NCBI GenBank assembly: GCA_964106645.2
Contig: OZ067051.1
Reading direction: 5' to 3' (one strand)
Length of the DNA stretch: 64,000 nucleotides
Source of the DNA: Podarcis pityusensis
Lineage: Eukaryota
This document shows, piece by piece, positions 49,220-62,093 of the stretch. The notes beneath the pieces are model-generated. The model had not been told where the DNA came from. It made no database searches and saw nothing but the letters and a program-made list of their open reading frames with translations. The first letter of the stretch is position 1; each line of letters begins with the position of its first letter. The position numbers were made by a program, and so were the translations under genes.

Positions 49220-49310
49220 CAAGAAGCTGCCTTACTCTGAGCCAGACCATTATTGGCTCATCTAGCCCAGTATTGTCTCTCTATACCAGTTGACAGTAGC
49301 TCTCCAGGTT
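49220..49310 (-). mobile_element. Fragment of an old squamate SINE
   Basis: gaagctgccttactctgagccagaccatt...catctagcccagtattgtc; similar to 55765-55805. Confidence 0.5.
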
Positions 49311-50539
49311 CTTGGCATGTTAGGATTCAGTTTCACACAGAATCTACCAGGGGAGGTAGTCTATTCAATGGGGGAAGGTGGGGTGGAGAAGAGGACAGGT
49401 AAGAGTCCAAAGAAGCTCTTATTGAAGTTCTGTGACTTTCCTCTCACATTTATGGTGTCACCTTGCTTACCGCCTGCAAATGCTATTAATGTTGTTTTAA
49501 AGGGCAATATATTTTAACATTTCTTCCCCTCAATTTAGTTTTAGTGTGAGAGAATTTATATGGAGTTTGGTTTCAGAGTATGTCATTCTGGTCCTGTTCT
49601 GTTGGCTTCTTTGAAATTCTTAAAGTGTAATAAAAACAACAACAAAATACCAGGAACAAACCATTCAATCTATACCATACCTACTTCTGAATTCATACTG
49701 GACAAGCAATTTTGCCTTTGCTGTCATTGATCTGTTTCTGCATTTCTAACAAATAAACAAAAATCTAAAGTCTGTGTTCTGCTTAAAAAGAGCAAAGTGT
49801 ATGTTCTCTGCATCAAGGAAATGAAAAGAGCACAGCCAGCACAGAATTTGTTTCATTTGAGGAAGCAAATGCATTTGGGCCAAATGAAGGTCACTCTAAA
49901 CAAAGGGTTGGAAACCTGTGGTCCTCAAGAAGTTGTTGGACTACAACTTCCATCATTGCTAAATAATAAAATCCCATAATCTACATTTGTCCATCTGCTT
50001 GTTGAATGCATATTGACTTTGGTCCTGTTGATATATTTGCATGAATGCAACAAACAAATTGGCTAATCTGTGTGTCCAAGAGATGCATTCCGCAGTTAGC
50101 TATAAGTGGACGCAGCTCCCAGATACCACAGCAGAAAGACCAACCTAGCAATTCACATTTCTCCAAAGTCCCATGGGTAGCTCATTCCCTGAACAGAACT
50201 ACATTTTCCCACCAGGCCCAGGTTGCAATTGTGGGGACAGTGGAAGCATGCAGTAATGTCGGTGCATTGCACCGATCCTCTAGGAATCGACCTGAGGCTA
50301 GCAACTTACAGTAGCTTGTGTCATGCTGATTTTCCAGGCCACATAAGTGATGGTGGAAATGGCTGGCAGTGTGCAGCATGTGAAGGACAAAAAGCAACTG
50401 CAAGGTGGCCTTGCAATGGCAGCCCCTGTAATGAAATCAGACAAACACGAACTCTGAGGTGTTCACCCGTAGAACGTGCTCCTTTGGTGATCTGAGCGAC
50501 TCTTCTCTGTCTCTAAAGGCAACAAAAGTCTTCAGCTCA

Positions 50540-50780
50540 GGGCTTATCCACACTTCCTCTCATCCTGCTGCTTTTCCCTGGGGAAAACCTCTCTTTGTTG
50601 TCAATTGCAGCAAATGACAATCGGGTTGTCTTCAGATGGACGTTTGCACTAAATAGTGGGGTTTCCATGGGAAAGGAATGGGGCAAAGGGAAAATGGCTC
50701 GGACCCATGGCTAGAAAGCACTGGTCAAGCAGAAAACTCATTGTGGACCCATGCTTTCTAGCAAAAGTGTGGGCGAGCCC
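50540..50780. mobile_element. PIF/Harbinger-type MITE
   Basis: TIRs gggcttatccacactt/aagtgtgggcgagccc with 3-bp TSD TCA. Confidence 0.85.
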
Positions 50781-51879
50781 TCAGACATAAGATTCAAAGG
50801 AGGATGCAGAAAGGAACTGGGTTTTTAAAGGCGGTCTCCAATCAATTTTGTTATACAGTCTGACTCCTAGTGGCCTGAGAGCAGCATAACTCATCTTGCA
50901 GAGTGGCAATTAGGACAGTCTGGAAAAGCAAAGCACTGGATGCTTGTCACTAGACTACCAAAATGCCATGCTAGTAAATAAAATCTGGCTTGGGACTGAA
51001 AGGGTATGTGAAATATTAGCAGTCTGGTACTATTCTCAGCATACAATCATTAGTAGTTAGGATTTATTATGAAATGCAAGCTGTTGATGTTGTACGCCTT
51101 GTTTTGACTGTCAGGCACTGAATTAGCTTTTTACACGTTCTCTGAATTCTCAAGAATTTGAGCCTAACTAGGAATAATATTAGCTGAAGCACATTCATTC
51201 TTACACTAAAAGAAAAAGGTCATGGTGAAAAAGAGAAAAAAATCGATACAATTGTTCTGCGTTGGAGCTGGCTAGACAACATTTCCCCCAATATGCCATA
51301 ACACTAAAAGGCAAAGATTATATAATTATTTCATATGACTAAGCCCTGCTATTCAGAAGACGGCATCCTCCCCCCCAAAAAATTGATTCCAATGAAGAGC
51401 CACAACTCCTGTTATACCAAGCATGGTGGCATGAAGATTTTTAGTTCACTAAGCCTTGTAGGTGGGTTACAACAACAACAACTTACTATAATTCCACGCA
51501 TATCTTGTGGGAAGAAACACAAAATGCCAATGCTGATGTTTTCCACAGTAAATACAATGCACAGAATCATGCACACATCTTTACATGTATACCCTTGTGA
51601 AGGAACTCGGGACACAAGGAGAAACCCCAAACATCTGCACACAGGCATTTGAAGTATTGAGTATGATGTCCAGACTTGAAAAGTTTGTTGTGAGAAGCTG
51701 AACATACACAGATCAGAGCTGCACTGGAAAGTGTGGAGATTCCCTCAGAGTTAATGCACATGAGTTCATATGCACGAGGGACCAACAGTGGACTTCAGTC
51801 TACTTTCAGGTGGTCCCCACCACCAAAGGGCATCCATGCTTGTCTGTGTCCTCACTTGCTTGCCTTGGGGGGGGGGGTG

Positions 51880-52010
51880 TTGATTGGTTTGTGATTTTTG
51901 TTCTTGTTTTTATCATGTATTTTGTGTTTTTATGTTGTGTTTTTATATTGTGAACCGTCCTGAGATCTACGAAGGAAGAGTACCAGTAGTACACAAATTA
52001 AATAAACAAA
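51880..52010 (+). mobile_element. L2-type 3' UTR/tail fragment
   Basis: T-rich UTR, gtgaaccgtcctgagatctacg..., then aaattaaataaacaaata. Confidence 0.55.
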
Positions 52011-53964
52011 TAGTGTTGACTGAACCAGCAGCCCCAAACAGGCACAGCATGTAGGAATGCAAAACAGAGAGTTAAGAGAGTAAGTTTGGGGCATGCATGG
52101 TTAGAGGCAGGGGAGGAGAAACGGACATATGGCAGCTCTAGCTGCTCCACCTTCTGGCGCTTACCCTTCACACAAACATAAACACACAAATACACATTCA
52201 TATCTCCACACCATGCAAAAGAGGCAGAGAAGAGGGGTGAAAAATTGTGACCCATCCATTTACATGTGAAATGAGAAGGGGAAAACATGACAAAGGAGAT
52301 GACTGAAATACTTTGAGAGGCATGTGGGGAGAGAGGGGGAATGAAAGTACAAAATAAAAGGCCTGGTTAGGAAATTCTGCCACAGTTGGAGAGGCTGAAA
52401 TGCAGCAGGAGGTGATGGAGGTGCTTAGGGTGGATGCAGCCGAGGGGGGCGGGCAGGGGGCAACTGCCCCCTAAATCAAGTAAAAAAAAATAAATACTTA
52501 ACTAACTGAGCTTCTACCTCCCTAACATAAATCCTGGCTATGCCCATGGGTGCAGTGGTGACCAAGGTGGGGTTGGGAGCAGGGCTGCTTGTCATACCAG
52601 AGGGGAGGAGGAGATGTCAGCTGCCTGCTATCAGGCCCATGCTCACCACAGCTGCCTGAGTGTACGCATGTTTCCTGCTCGTTCACTGTCTGTGCTTTAG
52701 CCATGTGTATCTCATAGGATGTTTCCATTAAATAGGTCCTTTGGCAACTCCCCACATATGCTGCATGTTCTTTGGTGTGGAAGATGACAGTAGCCTGTGT
52801 ACATGTCAGGGCTGCTTGGGAATTGTGTGATGCTGCTATCAAATCGGCTGTACAGTAAATAAATGTACTGTTGTTATTTGTTTTTTTTAACCCATTACCA
52901 TCCAGGTTCTTAACATTAATGGGACTGTTACCATAATGAGCCATGGAATTAGGACTGAAGCCACTGATACCATAGAGGCAACTGGAGGGGAGGAAATCTA
53001 TACTTTGTCATAAGCTGTAGCATGGCAAAAATAGTTGCAATGCAAATTGTGTGCCATAATAACATCTGTCAAGATGCATCACAATGTCGAGCATGAAGCA
53101 ACCAAAACTTCTTGTCATAATGTAAGCAATTTTTTATCTGATTATGTTATCAAAAAAGATTGCTTTCAAAGACTATGCCATTAGTTCTGGTACTCTTGGG
53201 AAGTCTGTCAAAGAGAATACATCATTTTTAAAAAAAAAAATACTATGTTTTTAGGGATATTCAAGTTTAATAATACAAAAAAACCGCACAGCTATGGCAG
53301 GTGGAAGGAAACAGAATAATGGGTATTAACAGCAGCATTCTTGACTGCTACTGCTGAATACAGCACTTTCACAAAAATGGGGGAGAGACACTTTTTGCAG
53401 TATAGAACGTAACATGTAATGAGCTCACATCTCCAGTAGTGATAAAGACTTGTGAAGGCATCACCTAGCAAACATACCTCTGCCATCAGGGAAGAGAGTA
53501 TGAAATTAACAAACAGGAAATGCTTCAAAGTTCCAGCGAGAAGTAGTGCCCCAAATATAGAGCAATATTTTTAGTACAGGCTAGCATCCACATAAATGCA
53601 AAGTTGTGTGTAAAAGCAACATAAATCTGCAAATGGTTCAAGCACAACTATGAAGAGATCACAAGGGCTGAGCACTTTAACTGTATCCAGAACGTTTTCA
53701 ATGCTTGTATGTTCCATGAGACTCACGTAAAGGATTTGCAGAGTGAAGCCCCCAGAATGCACATGTTGAATGCAAGCAGACAAACCCTGCCTGCTACCTA
53801 GGTGAATAACTCTCATTTCAATTTAAAACTCTCTCTTTATAATTATCTATTCTTTCTATCCTTTTTTCCTGTCCACTTGATTGCTATTAGACTGCCATGA
53901 CACCTCTGTTGTGTTTCTTGTGTTGTGTGTGTGCTTGCACTGCATTTGCTTTCACAATTGCACA

Positions 53965-54800
53965 AACAGGACGTCCCAGGAGATGTCCCGCTCCAGGTGC
54001 AAAGATTCACGTTGTGGCAGAGAAGTTGCCCTGTGTTATAAAGCCCACTGACCACAACTCCTTACTCTGATTCAGGTGGGTACAAATGATACTGCCAGAC
54101 ACAGACTTCAACATATAGCAAGGGACTATGAGACTCTGGGCAGGAAACTGAAGGGTCTAGGGGCACAGGACCTGGAGCATGGAAAGCAAACTGAAAGTAT
54201 ATGGTATCATAGGAGAGAGAATTGTAGGAGTGGGAAACAACAGTGACCTTACTGTGTGTGTCTACTAGAGACCTCCAAGCCAGACCAAAGACTTGGATGA
54301 TTCCTTTCTAGAGCAGATTTCCAAACATTCAAAAGGAGAGATATAGTAGTCATGGGAGACTTCAACTACTCCAATATCTGTTGGAACTCAAACTCAGCCA
54401 AGAAGGAAAGGTCCAGCAAATTCCTCCATTGCCTCACTGACAATTCCATTCCCAGCAAGGTGGAGGAAGCAACAAGGGGAACCTGGCCCTTGCCAACAGG
54501 GAGGAACTGATCGACAGAGTGAAAGTATGGGGAAAATTGGGAGGAAGTGATCATGGCCTCCTGGCTTTCATGATACAGAGGCAAAGGAAAGCTGAGTGTA
54601 AGTCAGACAAGCACTCTGGGTTTTAAGAAGGCTGATTTAAAAAGCGTAAGGAACTACTGGGTGAGATCCCATGGTCAGAAACACTCAAACAGAAGGGAAT
54701 CCAAGGTGGATGGGAATTTCTTAAAGGTGAAATACCGAAGGCACAAATGCAGACAATTTTACCATGGGGGGGGGGAGTGGGATGCATTTAAAGAGACTGA
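53965..54800 (+). mobile_element. CR1 fragment: ORF1 esterase part joined to mid-endonuclease of ORF2
   Basis: 53965-54168 aligns with 11015-11219; downstream remnants Y*RPP, MGDFNYSNICW, LGGSDH, FKKAD, WEFLKGEI. Confidence 0.88.
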
Positions 54801-54937
54801 TGTCCCAACTCCCACCATTTGAATAGTTAAAATGCTTACACTATGGACAAAATCAGCCTATTATATGCTAGTTCTACTTTGTGAGCACACATGTATGTTC
54901 TCATTTAATTCCTAAATAAGATTTAGAAAAACATACT

Positions 54938-54940
54938 ATT

Positions 54941-54976
<36 letters not shown>

Positions 54977-54978
54977 TC
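54938..54978. repeat. (TTTC)n microsatellite
   Basis: Direct reading. Confidence 0.95.
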
Positions 54979-55759
54979 CAGGTATGCTTTTGTGGGAAAG
55001 GAAAAATACTGTGTTTTGATGGCACATAAAGGCAGCCTGAGTTATATTAACACAGCTGAATGCACAGTGGCATCACATCTTCATTGTCTAGTGCTATAAG
55101 GTGCCCTTTTAATACAGTAAGTGAAGTCTTGGTGCACAATTTATTATCTCAGGTTAAAAATGGCCCCTTAACTCAGCTGTTTTACAGCTATGGCATTCAT
55201 GAGTTATGAGTTCTCCTTAAGCTGGATGTCATAAGATATTATGTACCCTTGTGGAATGCAGCCCTGCTCTCTCCTAACCATTCCTGTTACTGAAAGGAAA
55301 AGGAAAAAGAACAAGAAAAATGTGTAATGAAAGGACCTTAAGCAGAATTTCCAGCTTTGTCTCCCTTTTAAATATTGCTTCAAGGGAAAAAAAATTACGT
55401 TATTGAATATATTTGTTCAGGATAACATTTGAAATGGTACCGTCAAAGTTTGTCTCCATTAATCAGAGATATACAGTGCCTCAGAGGGGTCACAGCTCTG
55501 GAACATAACATGTGTTTTGCATGTAGAAATTATTTTAAATATATTTATTCTATTTATGTTATTTATATTTTATTCAAGTAGCTTAGATGGCAACATTTAC
55601 TAGCATAAGGCTCTTTTCCAACATTAATTTTGTGGCATGGGATTCATTGCTGCTCGGTGGCAGGAGAAGCTGCAGGCCATGGGGAAGAAGCCAAAACGTA
55701 TGTTTTCTTCTATATGGCTTGGATCTTCTGGCATTACCTGACAGCATAGGAAACATGTG

Positions 55760-55940
55760 GATGTATGGAACTGCCTTGTGCCAAGTCAGAGCACTGATCC
55801 ATCAATATCACTAGCAGTGTTCCTTTCCTTCCACCTGCCATCAGATTGTGCATGTGTTCAACTCTTCAACTGGAGATGCCAGAGACTGACCCTGAGACCT
55901 TCTGTGTTCAAAGCATGTGCTCCATCACTAAGCTGCAGGG
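55760..55940 (-). mobile_element. Old tRNA-derived SINE (decayed)
   Basis: Minus strand reads gcagcttagtgatggagcacatgctttgaacacagaaggtctcagggtcagtctctggcatctccag, a tRNA-like head with decayed A/B boxes. A similar remnant lies at ~5008-5063. Confidence 0.6.
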
Positions 55941-58680
55941 ACTCTGCTTTTGTGCCCATGGAGCTCAGGGCTTTGCCATTGTAGGAGATGAATATGTTAC
56001 CAGCTGAGTAGGAAAAATAACCTAGAATATTGGGGGGGGGGGGATGTCACACCACACACAGCAGCAAATACTCTTTGTGGGGAAAGAGGATTATTCCATT
56101 TATGTAGACTCTCTGCAGCATGAAGAAGTGAAGAGAGATGATGCAGATGCCAATTGCAAGGAATATCCTCCCAATTCCTACAGATGATTTATTAATGCCA
56201 AACTGCAGATACTGGGCAGCACCAGGGTGCTGCTCAAAGAAAGCAGGACAGCACCAAGACAACCAGAACCACCACCAACATCAGCAAGGGAGGAAGGGAG
56301 GAGGGCAACTCCTCTAAGCCTCCTCCTGTGGAGATTCCACGTGGCATCAAGTCAGTTGTCTGAAGAAAGAACTCTAGGGAGGAGCCACCTTGATTGCTTG
56401 GTCCAGACATAGTCACCTACTCTGCTCCCAGATCTGATCTGGGGTGGGGTGTCCTCTCCTAGACAGACAAAATCTGTAGACAGAACTATGTACTTGTCTC
56501 ATTGGAGCCATCAGGGCTTGCTAGCCTTCCTCCTCCTCCTCCTCCTTCCCACAGCTTTTTCCTACTGATTTTTGCAAGCTGTTCTGGCAGTCTTTTTTTG
56601 GCTAAAAGGTGAAATATAAATGGTTTAAATAAACCAAATGCTAAGGAGGAAGAGAGGAAGTGTCCTCTTACAACAATGCACAACCTTCCTTTGATTTGCC
56701 CATCCTCTCAGATGAGTGCTGACACCTCTCACTCAATCTTCATTTGTTGCAAACGGGGAGGACATGCAGCAAATTCACTCCTGCCCATAAGCTGCAGGCT
56801 GTGATAGCACTAGTTGTTTCATAAGCATTTAGGACTCCCCACCCCACCCCGGCTTTGTTGTTGTTGTTCAGTGATATTTCCTTAAACATTGTTACTGAAG
56901 GACTAAAAGAAAAAAAAGTGTAAGAAACTAGTAAGATGTGACCTAAATTTAAAGCATGTGACTGGGGTTTAAACTGTTTTTCTCACTCACATGCCTGGCT
57001 TTCTAACTAGATGGGTTTTCCCTGGGAATAAAATAATAATAATAACCTTTCCCAGATTTCAGGCAGACTATGTAAGAAAATCTTGCTGAGATCTTTTTAA
57101 GCTCTTTCAAACATGCTGTTCTTTCACTCCAAAGACTGTAATTGAAAGTTATATGGTACAAAAATTGATTTACTTTTGCTGAAGGACCATTTAAAATTAT
57201 CTGAACTAAATGAAATGCAACTCTATTTTAAAAGAAAAAACCCACATCAATAATTCTACCTTCAATGTTTATTTTAAAGGGAGAGTTGGAACAAAGCAAT
57301 ACAATGTAATTTAAAAATGAACCAAACATTTGTTTTAGTTCCCTCAGAGTGCAGTTTATTGGCTGCCATATAGTTAAGTGAAAATACCAGGCAGAGAATA
57401 AACAAAGCAGCAGGAAGCAGAGGCAAGAAGAACAGGTGTTTTGTGGCGAGGATTAACCTTTTCACTCACTGTAGAGACAAGATAGGGATAACACTGCCTA
57501 CCATGTTGGGGGTAAAAATTAAGATGTCACCTGATATCAGAAACAAGAACAAAACTGTCATACTGTATCGGAATACTAAGGCGAGAATTGCCAACCCAGT
57601 TCCTGTGGACCCATGGCACTGACAATGACTTTCATTGGCACCCCAGCAGGGGCCCCAGACTCTGAGGTTTCATTTTTAAAAGTCTCTAAAGTTATGCAGA
57701 AAAACCAGCCTAAGCAATTTCTGTGATATGAGTCAGCCTAGCTGCTCCTGCCTGTCAGTGCTTTCTAATGAGTGACATCAGAGCTGTGATTGATAAGTGT
57801 TTTGACACCAGGCAAAAAGTAAGCCCTGAGGTCCTAAACAACAGCTGTTTTCCCTCCTCTTTAGTGTGCTTTTCCTATTTCTGACTTATTATAGTCCTTG
57901 AACTCTTCATAGTTTGCCCTTCATTTCCCTCTAACAACAAGGGCACAGCTTGCCTGTGGGGGGTTCGTCTGAGATCAGGTAGTCCCAAGAAGTGTGGGTG
58001 GATATTTTTTAAAAAACCCTGCAAAAGACAAATATGAAAACTTTGATAAGAGGTTTAGGCATGTATCCTGCTGTGCAGGAGCTAAAAAACAGGCCCTTGT
58101 TAACAACCCACTGTATAATTAACTGAAAGTACAATGGTATGCATATCTACTTGGAAGTAAATCTCTTATGGTAATTGGGCTTCCTCACAGGTCAGTGGGC
58201 ATAGGATGGTAGCCTAGGTTTTGGTTCAGGACTGGAAGGGGGAACAATTCTTGAGTTTTTAACTGTTGTATGGCAAGCAGAAATTCAGCAGGTTAAGTCC
58301 TGCCTACTATGGGAATATAGTTATAGAAAATTGTGCCAGGTGCATCTGCTTGCTGCTCTATTTTGCTGCCAGGCAGCTGTATTGTAGCAGGCAGCTACTT
58401 AAGAGACTTCGTTTTTAAAAAAAAGTATGTTGGGTTGGGAAGGAAAGTGTAGGAATCACCTGTCAACCATTTTTCTGCCTGCTGGCTGTATGGAACCATC
58501 AACAAGCAGCTGTTTGATGAACTTTTTGAAAATGCAGGGGTGGAGGAAACTACATGGGAATCCCCCTCCTGCTGCTCTGGTTTTATTTTAATTTTTCCTA
58601 TTTTTTAATTTTTATTTTTGCTGCCTGCATGTGGAAAAGACATCTGCTTGGGAGAGGCCTCAGTTGAATATGTGTGGGGA

Positions 58681-58795
58681 GGCGCAGCAGCAGAAGGAGG
58701 CCCCATTTCCTAAAGTGGTGCTTCAGGTTAAGAACAGTTTCAGGTTAAGAACAGACCTCCAGAACGAATTAAGTACTTAACCCGAGGTACCACTG
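58681..58795. mobile_element. Tc1/mariner-type MITE, family A copy 5 (right half only)
   Basis: Matches the right half of copies 2-4 and ends in gaggtaccactg-TA. Confidence 0.9.
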
Positions 58796-59007
58796 TACCA
58801 ATAATAATGCTAAACCTGACAGTTACCTGAAATTTATTCAATAAACAATTAAAAAGAAGAGTGTTGTCTATTAAATGAGCACATATATTTAGTTACCATG
58901 ATTATTCAAATCTGAGACCTAGTACAGACTGCAAATTATTTGAAAAGATTAAGTAAATTTGCTATTAAGAAGTCAAAGCTACAAGGCTTATAACATAACC
59001 TTCAAAG

Positions 59008-59220
59008 ACTAACTTTCTGATGGTAAGAGCTGTTTGACAGTGAATGGACTCTCTCGGAAGATGGCGGGTTCTCCTTCAATGGAATTTTTAGGCAGAGGTT
59101 AAAGCAAAGGTTAAAGGATTATTTTCAAGGATGCTTTAGCTGAGATTCCTGTATTGCAGGAGGTTGGACTAGATGATCCTTGGGGTTCCTTCCAGCTCTG
59201 CAGTTTTATAATTGTATGAC
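59008..59220 (+). mobile_element. CR1 3' end
   Basis: aactttctgatggtaagagctgtttgacagtg...ggttggactagatgatccttgggg..ccttccagctct. Confidence 0.85.
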
Positions 59221-61186
59221 TCATAATTCATAAGCATATTTCAATGAAGAGCAACAGAACTTTAAAGAGTGTGCTAATCAATAACTAGAGTTACCCATTA
59301 GTTGTTCCTTTTGGGGTCCCATTATACACTATCAAAAAGGATATGATGCTTTGCATTAGAGAAATCCATATACTTTTATAAAAGGTAAAAGTGCAGTTCT
59401 TCATCCTATATATTGGTTTTTCATCCTCTATTCTAAATCCTCACGGAGTTTCTTCAGAATTAAATTGGTTTATCATGTACTGCACGGAGATGACAAGTGA
59501 TATTTTACCTTTATGAATCTTGATTAGCAAAACCTCAGAGCAATGAACCTTTCTCAAAGGGAAAAAAATACAATGGAATTAACACTGACAGCTATAGATT
59601 AAAAGCTATCAGGCATTAAACTATTAAGGCTTTTTTTTTACTTCCGTAAAAACATTTTCCTTGCAAACTACCAACCCATTACATTATCAATGATATATCA
59701 GTTTTACTCTGTTAATGGAAATCTAAATCACCACCATGTCAGAAATACACTATTTACAAGGTCACTAATCAAAACAGGATATTAAACAAAGAGTGGGGCA
59801 TACTCTGCTCAAAGACAGTACAGAAACTGTTTCTAAATTTACAGCACTAGGGCATTCACAGGTCATGAGACACCCCCACAAAAAATCAAATTACATCTCC
59901 TCTTCATTCTCAAACACTACGTACTGTGTGGTACCATATGGGGCCACAGCCACCCAGGATCTATATACGGCACCACTGCAAACTTTTGAGATTGTGTTGC
60001 TGTCCCACAACCAGTCCAGTTCCACAACTCTCAACAGTCATTCATGTAGGCCTCACATACAAGTGCTGTCAGGCTGTCTGGCTACAAGCACTGTCAGTCT
60101 TGCACACTTCAGAGGTGCATGTGGGAAGCTGTCAGTAAATTCAACCAGCCCTTAAACCAGATGAAGCAAATCCTAGGGTAAAAGATGTGTTAGTTGTTAA
60201 GGTGCCACAAGACATGTTGTTGCTTCAGACTTTAGATGGGCAAGTATACAACTTCTCAGCTCACTCTGCATTCCAGTCCTAGTCCCAATTATAAGAAAAG
60301 CAGAACCTCCAACGAAACAAGACTGATGCATATTTAACTGTGTGCAGCACTGCAGCCCAACTGAAACCTGAATGCATAAATAATTTCGTCTTGATTCAGT
60401 ATTACTGCCTCATAGCTCTTGGATACAGAATAGGCAGGTGATCAAGTGTAAGGGCCTGGTAGAATTTCAACCTGATACATGTGGCTTTGCTTTCCTTGTT
60501 CCATGGTCAATGGATTAAAAAAAAAAGTGCAGAGACTGCACCAGACTCTGGCTAGTGACATATGAAATTGGTAACTTGTAGATGTAAAGGAATATTTTTG
60601 CAGCAGCCTGAATAGTTCATACAATAATAAAACTGTAGAGTTGGAAGGGACTCCGAAAGTATTTTGGGAGAACCGACCCCACTCACCAGACCTTCTTGGC
60701 ACAACTACAGACTCATCCTTCTCCCCCTTTCTTTATTTGGCAATAGATTACCCTCTTCAATGTTACCAATTCCCAACTCCAATAAAAGAATTGTTTTATC
60801 AGCACTATGCCCAGAAACATGCACACCTCGCTGCTTGAAAGTATTAGAGGAGCAATAATAAAAATTGTGAAGTGGCATGATATCGCTGAGCAATTTCACA
60901 AAGGTCATCCTGTGGATCGGTGTTGATATTAATAACCAATATGTAAGTCCATGTTATATCTGGATTTGAAATTTTCTTCCTATGTGCATAAAAATGCAAC
61001 CCCTATTAGATTTGTAGTGCCACAACACAATCTTGAATTTGCATGAAGTCAGGGGAAGGTAGAGAAAAGAGATGGCAGGTTTTCCAATGGAGGTTTTAAA
61101 CTGCAACAGAGGTTGGAGTAAAGCAGAGATGTGGAGCCACAGAGGAGCTGTGAGGATGTTGGTGTGGGACTAGTATGTACTACATA

Positions 61187-61456
61187 CAGGCACAAACACA
61201 CACAAACCATGGACGTGGGGGTTATGTTCTGTGTTACCTCACACATCAATAACATTTTTTGAATATATTTAAATATAGTTGGAAAACCACTGTAAACCCT
61301 GCAAACACCCCATTCCACTATGCCCCATTCCGCCACACCCTAGTCTACTCCTTTTTGTATCATTTTTGCAATGTTTTGGGTCACTTCCGGGTTCAGCATG
61401 ATGCTTGGGTGCACCATCAGGCACATATTGAATGCGCGTAAATGGGGGGTTGCCTG
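61187..61456. mobile_element. Decayed Tigger-like MITE
   Basis: TA-caggca...ggggttgcctg-TA with internal gggggttatgttc; short TIR match only. Confidence 0.55.
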
Positions 61457-61869
61457 TAACTGGTAGTTGTCATTGTTTTAGAAAGCTGTCCCCCTTCCCG
61501 CTAAAACATTCAGACACAGGGAGAGTTAATATTCTCAATGACATGGTCATAACGGTCATAACCACATGCAGAAGACATTGAGGGACAAGAATTTGCTATT
61601 ATCCTCCAAAGGAATGACAACAGAAATGGGAAATAGGTGCAAGAACAAATACTGTTATCATGTTTGCCTTTCTTTCCCCAGTGTAAATCTACATTGCTCC
61701 ATGACAAGTTTTGATGATACACAGAGCATGGGAACATATATTAAAATAATTTATTAGCCACCATTGTAGAAGTGGACAAAGGTTAACCTGGAAAAAGTTT
61801 CTGACCTGGCAATCATTAATTTTTAAATATACACCTCTGTATTCATCACCCTGTATTCATCAACTTCTC

Positions 61870-61873
<4 letters not shown>

Positions 61874-61918
<45 letters not shown>
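61874..61918. repeat. (GA)n microsatellite
   Basis: Direct reading. Confidence 0.95.
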
Positions 61919-61922
<4 letters not shown>

Positions 61923-62044
61923 CCATGGATAAAGTAAAAGAAAGGTTTTTGTCTGCTTCACAATTTTTAATTAATGTAATTCCAAAATGAATCTGTAGTG
62001 GGATTCAAAATAGGGCTAGTTCCAATATCTGCAGACACTAAAAG

Positions 62045-62045
<1 letters not shown>

Positions 62046-62091
<46 letters not shown>

Positions 62092-62093
62092 AA
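62046..62093. repeat. (GAAA)n microsatellite
   Basis: Direct reading. Confidence 0.95.

Noticed and set aside
59793-60155. 120-aa ORF
   Set aside because: GTG start, no recognised homology, no flanking splice signals.
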